Positions 20,238 to 28,666 of a stretch of 64,000 nucleotides of DNA are shown one piece after another. The stretch lies in assembly GCA_963667665.2 (NCBI GenBank), contig OY763927.2, positions 96,001-160,000 on the forward strand. The letters are read 5' to 3'. The stretch is from Nitrosopumilus sp. (GTDB lineage Archaea > Thermoproteota > Nitrososphaeria > Nitrososphaerales > Nitrosopumilaceae). The position numbers were made by a program, and so were the translations under genes. Under the pieces are notes generated by a model. It searched no databases. It was not told the origin of the DNA and was given only the letters and a program-made list of their open reading frames with translations. The first letter of the stretch is position 1. Every line of letters begins with the position of its first letter.

Positions 20238-20268
20238 TATTATATAGGAATCACTATCCACGTTGGAT
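20238..20268 (+). promoter_or_regulatory. nirK promoter: TATA box plus downstream palindrome
   Basis: TATTATATA about 25-30 nt upstream of ATG 20270; ATCCA-CGT-TGGAT at 20256-20268. Confidence 0.55.
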
Positions 20269-20269
20269 T

Positions 20270-21673
20270 ATGAATAAGCGTGTTAGTATGCTCTTTACAA
20301 TTGCAGCAGTAGCTGTAATGGGAGCAACCTTATTCGGAAGCACATACACACAGACCCAAATTAGCGGACAATCTATCGACATATCTCAAATGGATATGGA
20401 TATGATGGATCAAATTCGTAATATGGGCGGTTTACAGCTAGTAATGCCTCAAGCATTCGCAGAAACTGATTGTGGTGCACTTGCAGATACTGGACGCAAC
20501 GTAGTTGAGTTCAATCTGACTGGTGAAAGTGTTGAACTTCCAATTATGGGGGGAAAAACATACAATGCAATGACCTTTAGTGAACAAGTCCCAGGACCAA
20601 CACTAAGAGTCACACAAGGCGATGTTGTTAAAATGACACTTTCAATTCCATCAGATGAAGTTACTGGTCACGGTAACGACATGCACGCATCACAAATATC
20701 AGCATTGACTTTTGACTCTGTTAATCCTGGAGAAACAAGCCAATACTGTTACATTGCTGAATCCGCAGGTGTTTTCAAATACCACTGTTCTGGTGTCCAC
20801 CTAATTGGAATGGACCAACACGTATTTTCCGGTATGTACGGAATTGCAATTGTTGATCCAGCAAATGGATACAAGAAACTAATGGTAGAGAAGACAAGCG
20901 GTAGCGGTGAATTAGACAGACAGTTCTACGATGCAGATGCATTAGAGTTCACACTGCAATTCAACCAATTGTATTTGAACGACGATGGCAACTATGATGC
21001 AGGAGCAATGTTCCAACATCATAACTCTGCAACAGTCGTTAATGGAATGCAATTTGCTTATGTTCCAAACATGTTACACAACATCCTTCTAAAGGGTGAT
21101 GCAGACAAAAACATCTTTGTAGCACAACCATGGAATGGTCTTGAAAACAAGCAGTACCAATCACAACTATTGTATGTTGAAAATGATCAACACGTGAGAC
21201 TCTTCATTGAGAATCATGGTAACGAGCCAGTATTCTTCCACATTGTTGGAGAAATACTAGATAGAGTTACACAGGGCAATAGAGTTCAATCAGCAGCAAC
21301 TGAAACATGGTTGCTTGGTGGTTCACAGAACATGATTGTAGACTTGGTATTTGATGAACCAGGAGCTTACGCACTACTAAACCATGACTACGCAGCAATT
21401 TACACTGGCGGAATTGGTCTTTTCATTGCAGGTGATCCATTTGGATTGAATCCAAGATTGGTCGATGCAGGTATCCTAGAGGCACCTGTACCATCATATG
21501 CATATGTATTAGGTAATCCAAGCGATGCTGTCCCACCAATGGGAGCAAATAGTATTGCACATCCAGCAGTAAATGTTCACGGTCTATACACTGATAAAGT
21601 GGCTTCTGAAATGATTGATGCTGGTATGATTCCTTTATGGGAAGTAATACCAACATTACCACCAGTACCATAG
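20270..21673 (+). CDS. nirK: Copper-containing nitrite reductase (AOA NirK)
   Basis: Signal peptide; PGPTLRV, HGNDMHA, YHC...H....GMYG type-1 Cu, FHIVGE, NHD; many C-ending codons suggest high expression. Confidence 0.93.
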   Translation: MNKRVSMLFTIAAVAVMGATLFGSTYTQTQISGQSIDISQMDMDMMDQIRNMGGLQLVMPQAFAETDCGALADTGRNVVEFNLTGESVELPIMGGKTYNAMTFSEQVPGPTLRVTQGDVVKMTLSIPSDEVTGHGNDMHASQISALTFDSVNPGETSQYCYIAESAGVFKYHCSGVHLIGMDQHVFSGMYGIAIVDPANGYKKLMVEKTSGSGELDRQFYDADALEFTLQFNQLYLNDDGNYDAGAMFQHHNSATVVNGMQFAYVPNMLHNILLKGDADKNIFVAQPWNGLENKQYQSQLLYVENDQHVRLFIENHGNEPVFFHIVGEILDRVTQGNRVQSAATETWLLGGSQNMIVDLVFDEPGAYALLNHDYAAIYTGGIGLFIAGDPFGLNPRLVDAGILEAPVPSYAYVLGNPSDAVPPMGANSIAHPAVNVHGLYTDKVASEMIDAGMIPLWEVIPTLPPVP

Positions 21674-21686
21674 ATAGGTACTAACT

Positions 21687-21712
21687 TCAATCTTTTTCTA
21701 TTTTTTAGTTTT
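21687..21712 (+). terminator. T-rich archaeal terminator after nirK
   Basis: TCTTTTTCTATTTTTTAGTTTT shortly after the stop. Confidence 0.5.
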
Positions 21713-21754
21713 CAACTCATAATGATTATATTCAGTGAATAAAGGCAAACATGC

Positions 21755-22687
21755 ATGGGTTTTGATGAGTCTGTTTTAATTTGTGATGAGGTGGATCCAA
21801 TACTAAACAAAATTTTAATTGACAATGGTTTGAAGGTTTCATACGAACCTACAATTACATCTGAACAGATAATAGAAAAGATTTCTAGTTTTAGTATTGT
21901 AATTGTTAGAAGTAGAACAACTATTACCAAAGAGATGATCGAAAAGGCAGAAAATTGTAAGATTATTGCACGTGTTGGTGTTGGACTTGATAATATAGAT
22001 CAAGATGCAGCCAAGGCAAAAAATATTCGTGTCATTAATGCAGTAGAAGGCGCAATGAATGCAGTGGCTGAATTAGTTTTAGGTTTAATGTTATCTTTGG
22101 CAAGACAGACTGCTAGAGGTGATAGAGAAATTAGAAATGGAAAATGGCTCAAAAAAGAATTGAAGGGAACCGAACTTAGAGGAAAATATCTTGGAATTAT
22201 TGGTTTAGGAAATATTGGAAAAAGATTGGGAAGACTTGCACGTGCACTTAACATGAATATTATTGGATATGATGTAATTCCTATTGATGAAGAATTCTCA
22301 AAAGAAGTCGGTTTAATGAAAGCTGACTTGAATACTCTGTTGCAAAGTTCTGATTATATCTCAATACATGTCCCATTGTTGGATTCCACATATCATCTTC
22401 TAGATGCTCAAAAAATGTCTACAATGAAAAAGACTGCAAAAATTATCAATACATCTAGAGGTGGTGTTGTTGATGAAGATGCTCTTTATGATGCCATTAA
22501 AAATAGGGCTTTGGGTGGTGCAGCTTTGGATGTATTTGAAAAAGAACCAGCAATTGGAAACAAATTGGCAGAATTAGATAATGTAATTTTAACACCACAT
22601 ATTGGTGCTCAAACAAAAGAGGCTCAATCTTTAGCTGCAAATGTAATTGCTGAGAAGATTATTCAAATACTTCGAGGCGTAATCTAG
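21755..22687 (+). CDS. serA: D-3-phosphoglycerate dehydrogenase family
   Basis: RVGVGLDNID, GLGNIG, INTSRG, LDVFEKEP, TPHIGAQT. Confidence 0.88.
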   Translation: MGFDESVLICDEVDPILNKILIDNGLKVSYEPTITSEQIIEKISSFSIVIVRSRTTITKEMIEKAENCKIIARVGVGLDNIDQDAAKAKNIRVINAVEGAMNAVAELVLGLMLSLARQTARGDREIRNGKWLKKELKGTELRGKYLGIIGLGNIGKRLGRLARALNMNIIGYDVIPIDEEFSKEVGLMKADLNTLLQSSDYISIHVPLLDSTYHLLDAQKMSTMKKTAKIINTSRGGVVDEDALYDAIKNRALGGAALDVFEKEPAIGNKLAELDNVILTPHIGAQTKEAQSLAANVIAEKIIQILRGVI

Positions 22688-22798
22688 CTTTTTGGTATCA
22701 TTTCTGCCTGAACTTTAAAAATAAGCAACAAAGCTTGACTTGTACGTGATTTATTATCGTCTCATTCTTTTTAACACCCATTTGGAGGATTTCATACT

Positions 22799-23704
22799 GT
22801 GTTAAGTAATCTCGATATGGGTAAACTAGAGTCTGAAAGACTAAAGCATTTTCCTAATGTTAATTCTTTATTAAAAATCTCTCTTGGCTTGATATTGTTT
22901 ACATTACTTTCTTCAGCATTAGTCTATGCAGAAACTGTTTCTGTAGATGTTGAAGGAAATTCATTTGATATTGACTATACCACAACAGGAATGTCTGTAT
23001 CAGGAATTGATGCTGATTTGGACTCTGTTTCATTAATTTTAATTGTTGATGTAACTGGTTCTCCTGGAATTTTAAATATAACATTTGACAGATCTTTCTT
23101 TGATTCTACTTTTGAAGGAGTTGATGAAGATTTTTTTGTTTTAGCAGATGGTGATGAATCAACTTTTACAGAAACTGAGACAACTGCTCAAAGCAGAACT
23201 TTGAGTATCAACTTACCATCAGGAACTGAAGATGTAGAAATTATTGGTTCTATCTTTGGAGACTCTGTACCAGTTGTAGAAACACCTGAAGAGGAAGAAC
23301 CACCAGTTGTAGAAACACCTGAAGAGGAAGAACCACCAGTTGTAGAAACACCTGAAGAGGAAGAACCACCAGTTGTAGAAACACCACCCGTTGATGAAAC
23401 ACCAAAAACTCAATGTGGTCCAGGAACTGTTCTCAAAGATGGTGCTTGTGTTCTAGATGAAAGATGTGGTCCAGGAACTGTTCTCAAAGATGGTACTTGT
23501 GTTCTAGATGAAAGATGTGGTCCAGGAACTGTTCTCAAAGATGGTACTTGTGTTCTTGAATCAACTCCGCAATCATCTTCTGTAACTATTCCAAAAGGAA
23601 TTGGCTCTGAATTAGTTATAGGAACAATTACAGCATTTGGAGTTGCAGCAGCTATCGGAATAATTTTGGCTCTAATATCTAGAGCTGATACGAGAAAAAA
23701 TTAA
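22799..23704 (+). CDS. Secreted, C-terminally anchored surface protein with acidic stalk repeats and Cys repeats
   Basis: Signal peptide, PEFG-protein-like beta domain, repeats, C-terminal TM plus basic tail. Confidence 0.8.
   Translation: MLSNLDMGKLESERLKHFPNVNSLLKISLGLILFTLLSSALVYAETVSVDVEGNSFDIDYTTTGMSVSGIDADLDSVSLILIVDVTGSPGILNITFDRSFFDSTFEGVDEDFFVLADGDESTFTETETTAQSRTLSINLPSGTEDVEIIGSIFGDSVPVVETPEEEEPPVVETPEEEEPPVVETPEEEEPPVVETPPVDETPKTQCGPGTVLKDGACVLDERCGPGTVLKDGTCVLDERCGPGTVLKDGTCVLESTPQSSSVTIPKGIGSELVIGTITAFGVAAAIGIILALISRADTRKN
23270..23385 (+). repeat. 33-bp tandem repeat x3.5 (PVVETPEEEEP)
   Basis: CCAGTTGTAGAAACACCTGAAGAGGAAGAACCA at 23270, 23303, 23336 plus partial. Confidence 0.95.
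23414..23556 (+). repeat. 51-bp tandem repeat x about 2.8 (CGPGTVLKDGxCVLDER)
   Basis: Units start at 23414, 23465, 23516. Confidence 0.95.
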
Positions 23705-24216
23705 TCACAAGACAAATCTTCTGCATTCATCATTTTATCAAATTCAAATCCTGACATCTGAGTTGTAGAAGAATAAGGAATAATTCCTAAAATTGGGGTA
23801 TCTGCAGTTATTAGAATAATAAACTGATTAGGATCAAGTCTGATATTTCCACCATTAAACATAAAATCAAAAGTCATAAAAATATGCTGAGATTCTGAAA
23901 TCTCTTCGGATGAAAAAATTCCTTCTTGAACTACTGAAGAATATGGATTGATTGTTAATGGTTGAACTACAAATGAACCTAGAATATCTGATTGATAAAA
24001 TGTTGATATCTCAAACTTTTGAAAGGTAATCCAAAATGGTATTGCATTGCAAAATTCCATTTCACCTTGATTTAACATTGTAAAAAAAGTAAATTCCCCA
24101 GGATTGTCCCATCTGTATTCTAATTGTTGTACTCCAACTATGCTCAATCCAGAATAAGCAAATGGAATAACTATAACTATTATTGCAATTATTGTTATGA
24201 TTGAATGTTTATTCAT
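23701..24216 (-). CDS. Hypothetical membrane-anchored protein
   Basis: N-terminal TM; 4-bp overlaps with both neighbours. Confidence 0.75.
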   Translation of the reverse strand: MNKHSIITIIAIIVIVIPFAYSGLSIVGVQQLEYRWDNPGEFTFFTMLNQGEMEFCNAIPFWITFQKFEISTFYQSDILGSFVVQPLTINPYSSVVQEGIFSSEEISESQHIFMTFDFMFNGGNIRLDPNQFIILITADTPILGIIPYSSTTQMSGFEFDKMMNAEDLSCD

Positions 24217-24911
24217 ATTTCATTTTCCAATACTATGGGTAAAGAAATTATCTTTTTATCAATTAGATAACTAATAACTTGAGCAAAGTCTTTGTCTGAA
24301 ATTATTCCTTGAACCCACCAATATCCTACATTCTTTACCCAATATGGTATGTCAATTTCATGAATATTTTCATCATTAATTTCAAAAGGTATGTCAATTA
24401 ATTTTGTATCTACATATTTCTGAAATGCATCAATTAGATATCCATCTGGCATTTTATCATTAATCCATTCAATCATAAATTGTTTAATTGCTTGTGGAAT
24501 ACAAATATTATCTGAATCAATTAAATTAAATTCTGCAGTAAATTCTGCACCTGAATATTCTACATCTATGAAGTATTTTCCTAGCGGAAATATTTCTGCT
24601 TCAAAAGCAATTAGTGATGGAATTGGATTTTGTAAATTTGCTATTTCAATTGGAATTGCACTACTTCCTTTACCTAATTCATCTCTAATGTGAATAATTG
24701 CAGACTCACCTGTAACTTCTGAAACTTCAATTATGTAAAATAATCTTTCACAGTAACTGTATGTTGTTTTTTCTATTATGATGTTGACTGAGGGTTCAGC
24801 ATATGCAGCTGGTAAAAAAACAAAACTTAATGCCAAAATTATAGGCGAAACTGTATTTCTGGCTCTCATCTTTTTTTTGCTAGTGTTGTTCAATAAAAAT
24901 CTCAAACCCAT
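24213..24911 (-). CDS. Secreted thaumarchaeal protein with IPxWVKNxxxWW C-terminal domain (start probably MRARN)
   Basis: Signal peptide; IPYWVKNVGYWWVQGIISDKDF...YLI motif. Confidence 0.75.
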   Translation of the reverse strand: MGLRFLLNNTSKKKMRARNTVSPIILALSFVFLPAAYAEPSVNIIIEKTTYSYCERLFYIIEVSEVTGESAIIHIRDELGKGSSAIPIEIANLQNPIPSLIAFEAEIFPLGKYFIDVEYSGAEFTAEFNLIDSDNICIPQAIKQFMIEWINDKMPDGYLIDAFQKYVDTKLIDIPFEINDENIHEIDIPYWVKNVGYWWVQGIISDKDFAQVISYLIDKKIISLPIVLENEI

Positions 24912-24951
24912 ACTGAGAAATCCTTTTTAACGGCTTTGGAGTACTTTATTT

Positions 24952-25052
24952 ATCGAGTTTTCTTGCGGAAGCAAATTCTTTGGGTGTGTGGGTTGTGAAC
25001 CATCACTCAAAGAGAATTTTAATTGATTAGTGATATCTGGGTTTTACTCGAT
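24952..25052 (+). ncRNA. Structured RNA upstream of rpl15e (candidate eL15 leader)
   Basis: Closing stem ATCGAGT/ACTCGAT, TTGC-GGAA-GCAA GNRA hairpin, 10-bp stem 24977-24986/25004-25013 with a G-U pair; TATA-like TTTTTAA about 25 nt upstream. Confidence 0.65.
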
Positions 25053-25078
25053 TTACAGTTATTAAAGGGGATTTTACT

Positions 25079-25543
25079 ATGCCCGATATGCCTAGTCATC
25101 AAGACAAGATATGGATCAGACTTTGGAAAGAAAATGCTCCTGAACTACGTGAGCGTGTGATTAAATGGCGTAAACAGAATGCCATTACCAGAATCGAGAG
25201 ACCAAGTAGAATACAAAGAGCTAGAAGATTAGGCTACAAGGCAAAACAGGGAATCATTGTTGTCCGTATGAGAGTTGGAACTGGTGGTATGAGAAAACAA
25301 AGACCTACTGGTGGAAGACGACCAAAACATCTTGGTGTTACAAGAATCAAGGCAGATGACGACATGAAGACAGTTGCTGACAGAAGAGTTCTTGAGAGAT
25401 ATCCAAACATGAAACTTTTGGGCTCTTACTTTATTTACAAAGATGGAAAGCACTATTGGTTTGAAGTTATATTGGCAGATCCAGAACATCCAAGAATTGC
25501 TCAAGATAAAGAATTAAACAAACGAGTACCTCAAGCTGCATAA
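25079..25543 (+). CDS. rpl15e: 50S ribosomal protein L15e
   Basis: RARRLGYKAKQG, YPNMKLLGSY, WFEVILADP. Confidence 0.96.
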   Translation: MPDMPSHQDKIWIRLWKENAPELRERVIKWRKQNAITRIERPSRIQRARRLGYKAKQGIIVVRMRVGTGGMRKQRPTGGRRPKHLGVTRIKADDDMKTVADRRVLERYPNMKLLGSYFIYKDGKHYWFEVILADPEHPRIAQDKELNKRVPQAA

Positions 25544-25544
25544 A

Positions 25545-26360
25545 TTGAAAATATTTTTATTCATTCCAATACTTTTAGTTTTAATAATTACACCCGCATT
25601 TGGTGCACTTTCTGATGCTACTGGATTGGTAAATCGTTTAGATGTTGATGTAGGTGGTTATACACTTGAAGTTAAAGTTGTTTCAAATTTTAATGTAATA
25701 GATCATGAGTTTGATAAAGATGAAAAACGATTGACAATTTTTATTGATAGCGGTTTGGAAAATAATTTAGGTGAGATAATTATTCCAAAATTATTACTTG
25801 ATGGTAATTTTACTTTTTATCTTAATGATATGCAGTTCAATCAAAAAATAAAATCTAATGACAGGATTTCGTTTATCACACTAAACTTTACAGGTACAGG
25901 TAACAACAAAATTGACATTTTTGCAACTAAAACTATTACTAGTATAGAAAAACCAGAAACACTTGTTATTGATAAATCACAATCTGAAGGTGGTGGTTGT
26001 CTTATTGCAACTGCAACATATGGAACAGAACTAGCACCTCAAGTACAACAACTAAGGGAAATACGTGATCAAAAATTAATTAACACAGAATTTGGACAAT
26101 CCTTTTTGAATTCATTCAATGAATTTTATTATTCAGTTAGTCCATACATTGCAGATTACGAACGTGAAAATCTAGTTTTCAAAGAAATAGTCAAAATTTC
26201 TATCACGCCAATGATTAGTTCTCTATCTATCTTGAATTACGTTGATATGAATTCTGAAGTGGAAGTTTTAGTGTATGGGATTAGTTTGATTACACTTAAT
26301 CTAGGAATGTATATTGGAATCCCAGCTGTAGTGATTATAGGAATTAGAAAGAAATTCTAG
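25545..26360 (+). CDS. Surface protein with CFI-box-CTERM sorting domain
   Basis: Signal peptide; GGGCLIATATYGTELAPQVQQLREIRD...FYYSVSP; C-terminal TM. Confidence 0.88.
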   Translation: MKIFLFIPILLVLIITPAFGALSDATGLVNRLDVDVGGYTLEVKVVSNFNVIDHEFDKDEKRLTIFIDSGLENNLGEIIIPKLLLDGNFTFYLNDMQFNQKIKSNDRISFITLNFTGTGNNKIDIFATKTITSIEKPETLVIDKSQSEGGGCLIATATYGTELAPQVQQLREIRDQKLINTEFGQSFLNSFNEFYYSVSPYIADYERENLVFKEIVKISITPMISSLSILNYVDMNSEVEVLVYGISLITLNLGMYIGIPAVVIIGIRKKF

Positions 26361-26415
26361 ACTCTTTTTGTTTTCTAACTAAAGTTCTAATAGTATGCTA
26401 TATTTTGAGAATAAT

Positions 26416-26544
26416 ATGGGCAGTATGGCAGAAGGACAAGTATACACTTGCTCAGAATGTGGTCTTGAACTAAAAGTTACAAAGCCATGTGATGAAGAAG
26501 AATGTGACCTAATTTGTTGTTCCAAACAGATGAATCAATCATAA
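26416..26544 (+). CDS. Stand-alone desulforedoxin-like mini-protein (42 aa; missing from ORF track)
   Basis: MGSMAEGQVYTCSECGLELKVTKPCDEEECDLICCSKQMNQS: YxCxxCG...LxCCxxxM pattern. Confidence 0.8.
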   Translation: MGSMAEGQVYTCSECGLELKVTKPCDEEECDLICCSKQMNQS

Positions 26545-26590
26545 AATCGTACGTAATACAATCAACAGATGTTGTATTAGCTAAATTGCT

Positions 26591-27289
26591 TTAATTTTCG
26601 TTAAGTAATTTTTGAATCATTGCCTCAATATGCCCTGATTGTCCAAATGACACATCTTTGAGAATTCCTTTTCTATCTACTAAAATGGCTGATGGTGTGC
26701 CTTGCAGAGAAAATTTTTCAAATGTTTCAGCAGAATATTCTTTTGATTTCATGTGGTTTTTCACTTTTTGAATAATCTGATTTCTGTAATCTTCTGGCTG
26801 TGAGTCAAATTCAGGAATCTGTGGACGGATAAATTCCATGATTTTTTCTTGGCTAATTTCACCTGAAGTTTTTGTTAAATTATCCATTCCTAGTGGAAAT
26901 GGAATTTTATAATGTAACTTGTTTCCTTCTTGTAATTTTCCATACGTTGAAAGTACATTCTTTGTTTCTCCTACTACTTCACCAGTTTCTGCAAGCATCT
27001 TCAAATTATCTAATGTATTTTTATCAAAATCTTCAAAAGCAGTGGCAAGACCTAGAACTCGAACTCCCTCATCTTTGTATTTGTTGTAGATGTTAATTGC
27101 CTCTGGAATTGCATTCATAAAACATCCTGGACAATTGACTTGAAAAACTTCTACTAAAACAACATGATCTTTTTCTTGATCAAAATTAGTTGGAGCTCCT
27201 TGTACCCATTCTGAAACTCCAAAATTTGGTGCTTTTTCACCTATTACTACACTCACAATAAATTCCCATATTTTTTCCATTAAATACAT
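26591..27289 (-). CDS. Thioredoxin-fold AhpC/TSA/TlpA-like redoxin
   Basis: GEKAP, FQVNCPGC, QGTPS, LVDRKG. Confidence 0.85.
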   Translation of the reverse strand: MYLMEKIWEFIVSVVIGEKAPNFGVSEWVQGAPTNFDQEKDHVVLVEVFQVNCPGCFMNAIPEAINIYNKYKDEGVRVLGLATAFEDFDKNTLDNLKMLAETGEVVGETKNVLSTYGKLQEGNKLHYKIPFPLGMDNLTKTSGEISQEKIMEFIRPQIPEFDSQPEDYRNQIIQKVKNHMKSKEYSAETFEKFSLQGTPSAILVDRKGILKDVSFGQSGHIEAMIQKLLNEN

Positions 27290-27355
27290 ACCTCATCAAA
27301 TTTTGGATTTTTTCTCAAGTAACCTAATATAGGACACAGAAAATCTCAAAACAAA

Positions 27356-27844
27356 TTGCAAGCAGTAACTTCTGATCGATTAGCACTTTTTGTTGAAATG
27401 GAGTCAAAATATGAACAAAAAGATACAGAGTATTTTATTTCTCTTTTAAAACATCCTGATTATGTGGTTAGAACAAGAGCCACCTGTATTTTGGTTGATT
27501 TTGGCGGAGAGGATAAAATTCCCTATATTGCCAACGTTTTAAAAAATGATAAAAACGAATTGGTACGTCATGAGGCTGCATTCTCATTAGGTCAACTGTG
27601 TTACTCTAGTGCAATACTTTCACTATCTGATGCAACACTCAATGATCCAAGTATATTTGTACGACACGAAGCAGCAATTGCCTTGGGCGTTGTTGGCTCC
27701 AAAGAAGCAAAAAAAACTCTGGAAGCTGCATTAAAAGATCCTGATAAGGCAGTAGTTGAATCTGCAATAGTTGCATTATCTAATATTCAATTTATGGAAA
27801 AGTTAAGTAAGAATAAAAAGTTTGCAAAGTTAACAGGTGGATGA
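27356..27844 (+). CDS. HEAT/PBS-lyase repeat protein with two His-Glu motifs (half-DOHH-like)
   Basis: VRHEAAFSLGQL, VRHEAAIALGVVG, DPDKAVVESAIVAL. Confidence 0.82.
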   Translation: MQAVTSDRLALFVEMESKYEQKDTEYFISLLKHPDYVVRTRATCILVDFGGEDKIPYIANVLKNDKNELVRHEAAFSLGQLCYSSAILSLSDATLNDPSIFVRHEAAIALGVVGSKEAKKTLEAALKDPDKAVVESAIVALSNIQFMEKLSKNKKFAKLTGG

Positions 27845-28406
27845 GATGAATTTTCCTTTAGGTGTAATAATAATAGTTGGTGTTCTCGCTGCAATAATTT
27901 TAGGATTGATTGCATCATCTCCAGATGATATTATCCAACCAAGAATGATTTCCGATGAGAAAATGGAAATTAAATCAGAACCAACAGCAGTTGTCCAACC
28001 AGAAGCAGCCGAAGAAGAAGTCATGGAAGAGACTATGATGGAAGAAGAAGTCATGGAAGAGACTATGATGGAAGAAGAGACTGAAGAGCCAGAAGCAGAA
28101 ATATCAACAATGGCATTAACAGTTTCAATTCCTAATGGTGTTGGAGCTCCAGGATGTGAAAAAACTAATGAGTGTTATTTACCCTATGAACTTTCTGTTG
28201 CAGTTGGTACAACAGTAACTTGGAGTAATGATGATCTTGCTGCACATACTGTAACCAGTGGAAATTTTCCAGAAGATGATGGATTGTTTGATTCTAGTGT
28301 TTTCATGTCTGGTGATACTTTTGAATTTACCTTTAGTGATGTAGGAACTTTTGATTACTACTGCTTTGTCCATCCTTGGATGGCCGGAATTGTTAATGTT
28401 AGTTAA
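27837..28406 (+). CDS. Membrane-anchored plastocyanin-like blue copper protein
   Basis: N-terminal TM; GCEKTNECYLP, AHTVT, YYCFVHPWM type-1 Cu ligands. Confidence 0.92.
   Translation: MDEMNFPLGVIIIVGVLAAIILGLIASSPDDIIQPRMISDEKMEIKSEPTAVVQPEAAEEEVMEETMMEEEVMEETMMEEETEEPEAEISTMALTVSIPNGVGAPGCEKTNECYLPYELSVAVGTTVTWSNDDLAAHTVTSGNFPEDDGLFDSSVFMSGDTFEFTFSDVGTFDYYCFVHPWMAGIVNVS
28011..28078 (+). repeat. 30-bp tandem duplication (EEEVMEETMM x2)
   Basis: GAAGAAGAAGTCATGGAAGAGACTATGATG at 28011 and 28041. Confidence 0.93.
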
Positions 28407-28630
28407 GATTAATGTCTTTTAACAATTAGAAAAACAATATTTCATTATACTTTATTGCAAGAATTATCTGTCTCAGTGGTTTTAATATCCAAATAATAAG
28501 AAGTCAGTATACATCTCCTTATGATCATCCGATTTATTCACCTTAATGTTGGTAAATCATTGGTTCATCATCTGTATCATCAAATTCTCTTATGATTCTA
28601 GGATACCATTGTTCTTTCATGGATTAATTA

Positions 28631-28666
28631 GAAAAAAAAAACTATTAAATACTATCAACATAGTAT
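28631..28666 (+). promoter_or_regulatory. Purine-rich BRE + TATA + perfect 7-4-7 inverted repeat overlapping the start of the regulator gene
   Basis: GAAAAAAAAAAC-TATTAA then ATACTAT-CAAC-ATAGTAT (28649-28666). Confidence 0.7.

Noticed and set aside
23270-23556. 33-bp and 51-bp repeats as a CRISPR array
   Set aside because: Contiguous, in frame within a CDS, no unique spacers, no cas genes
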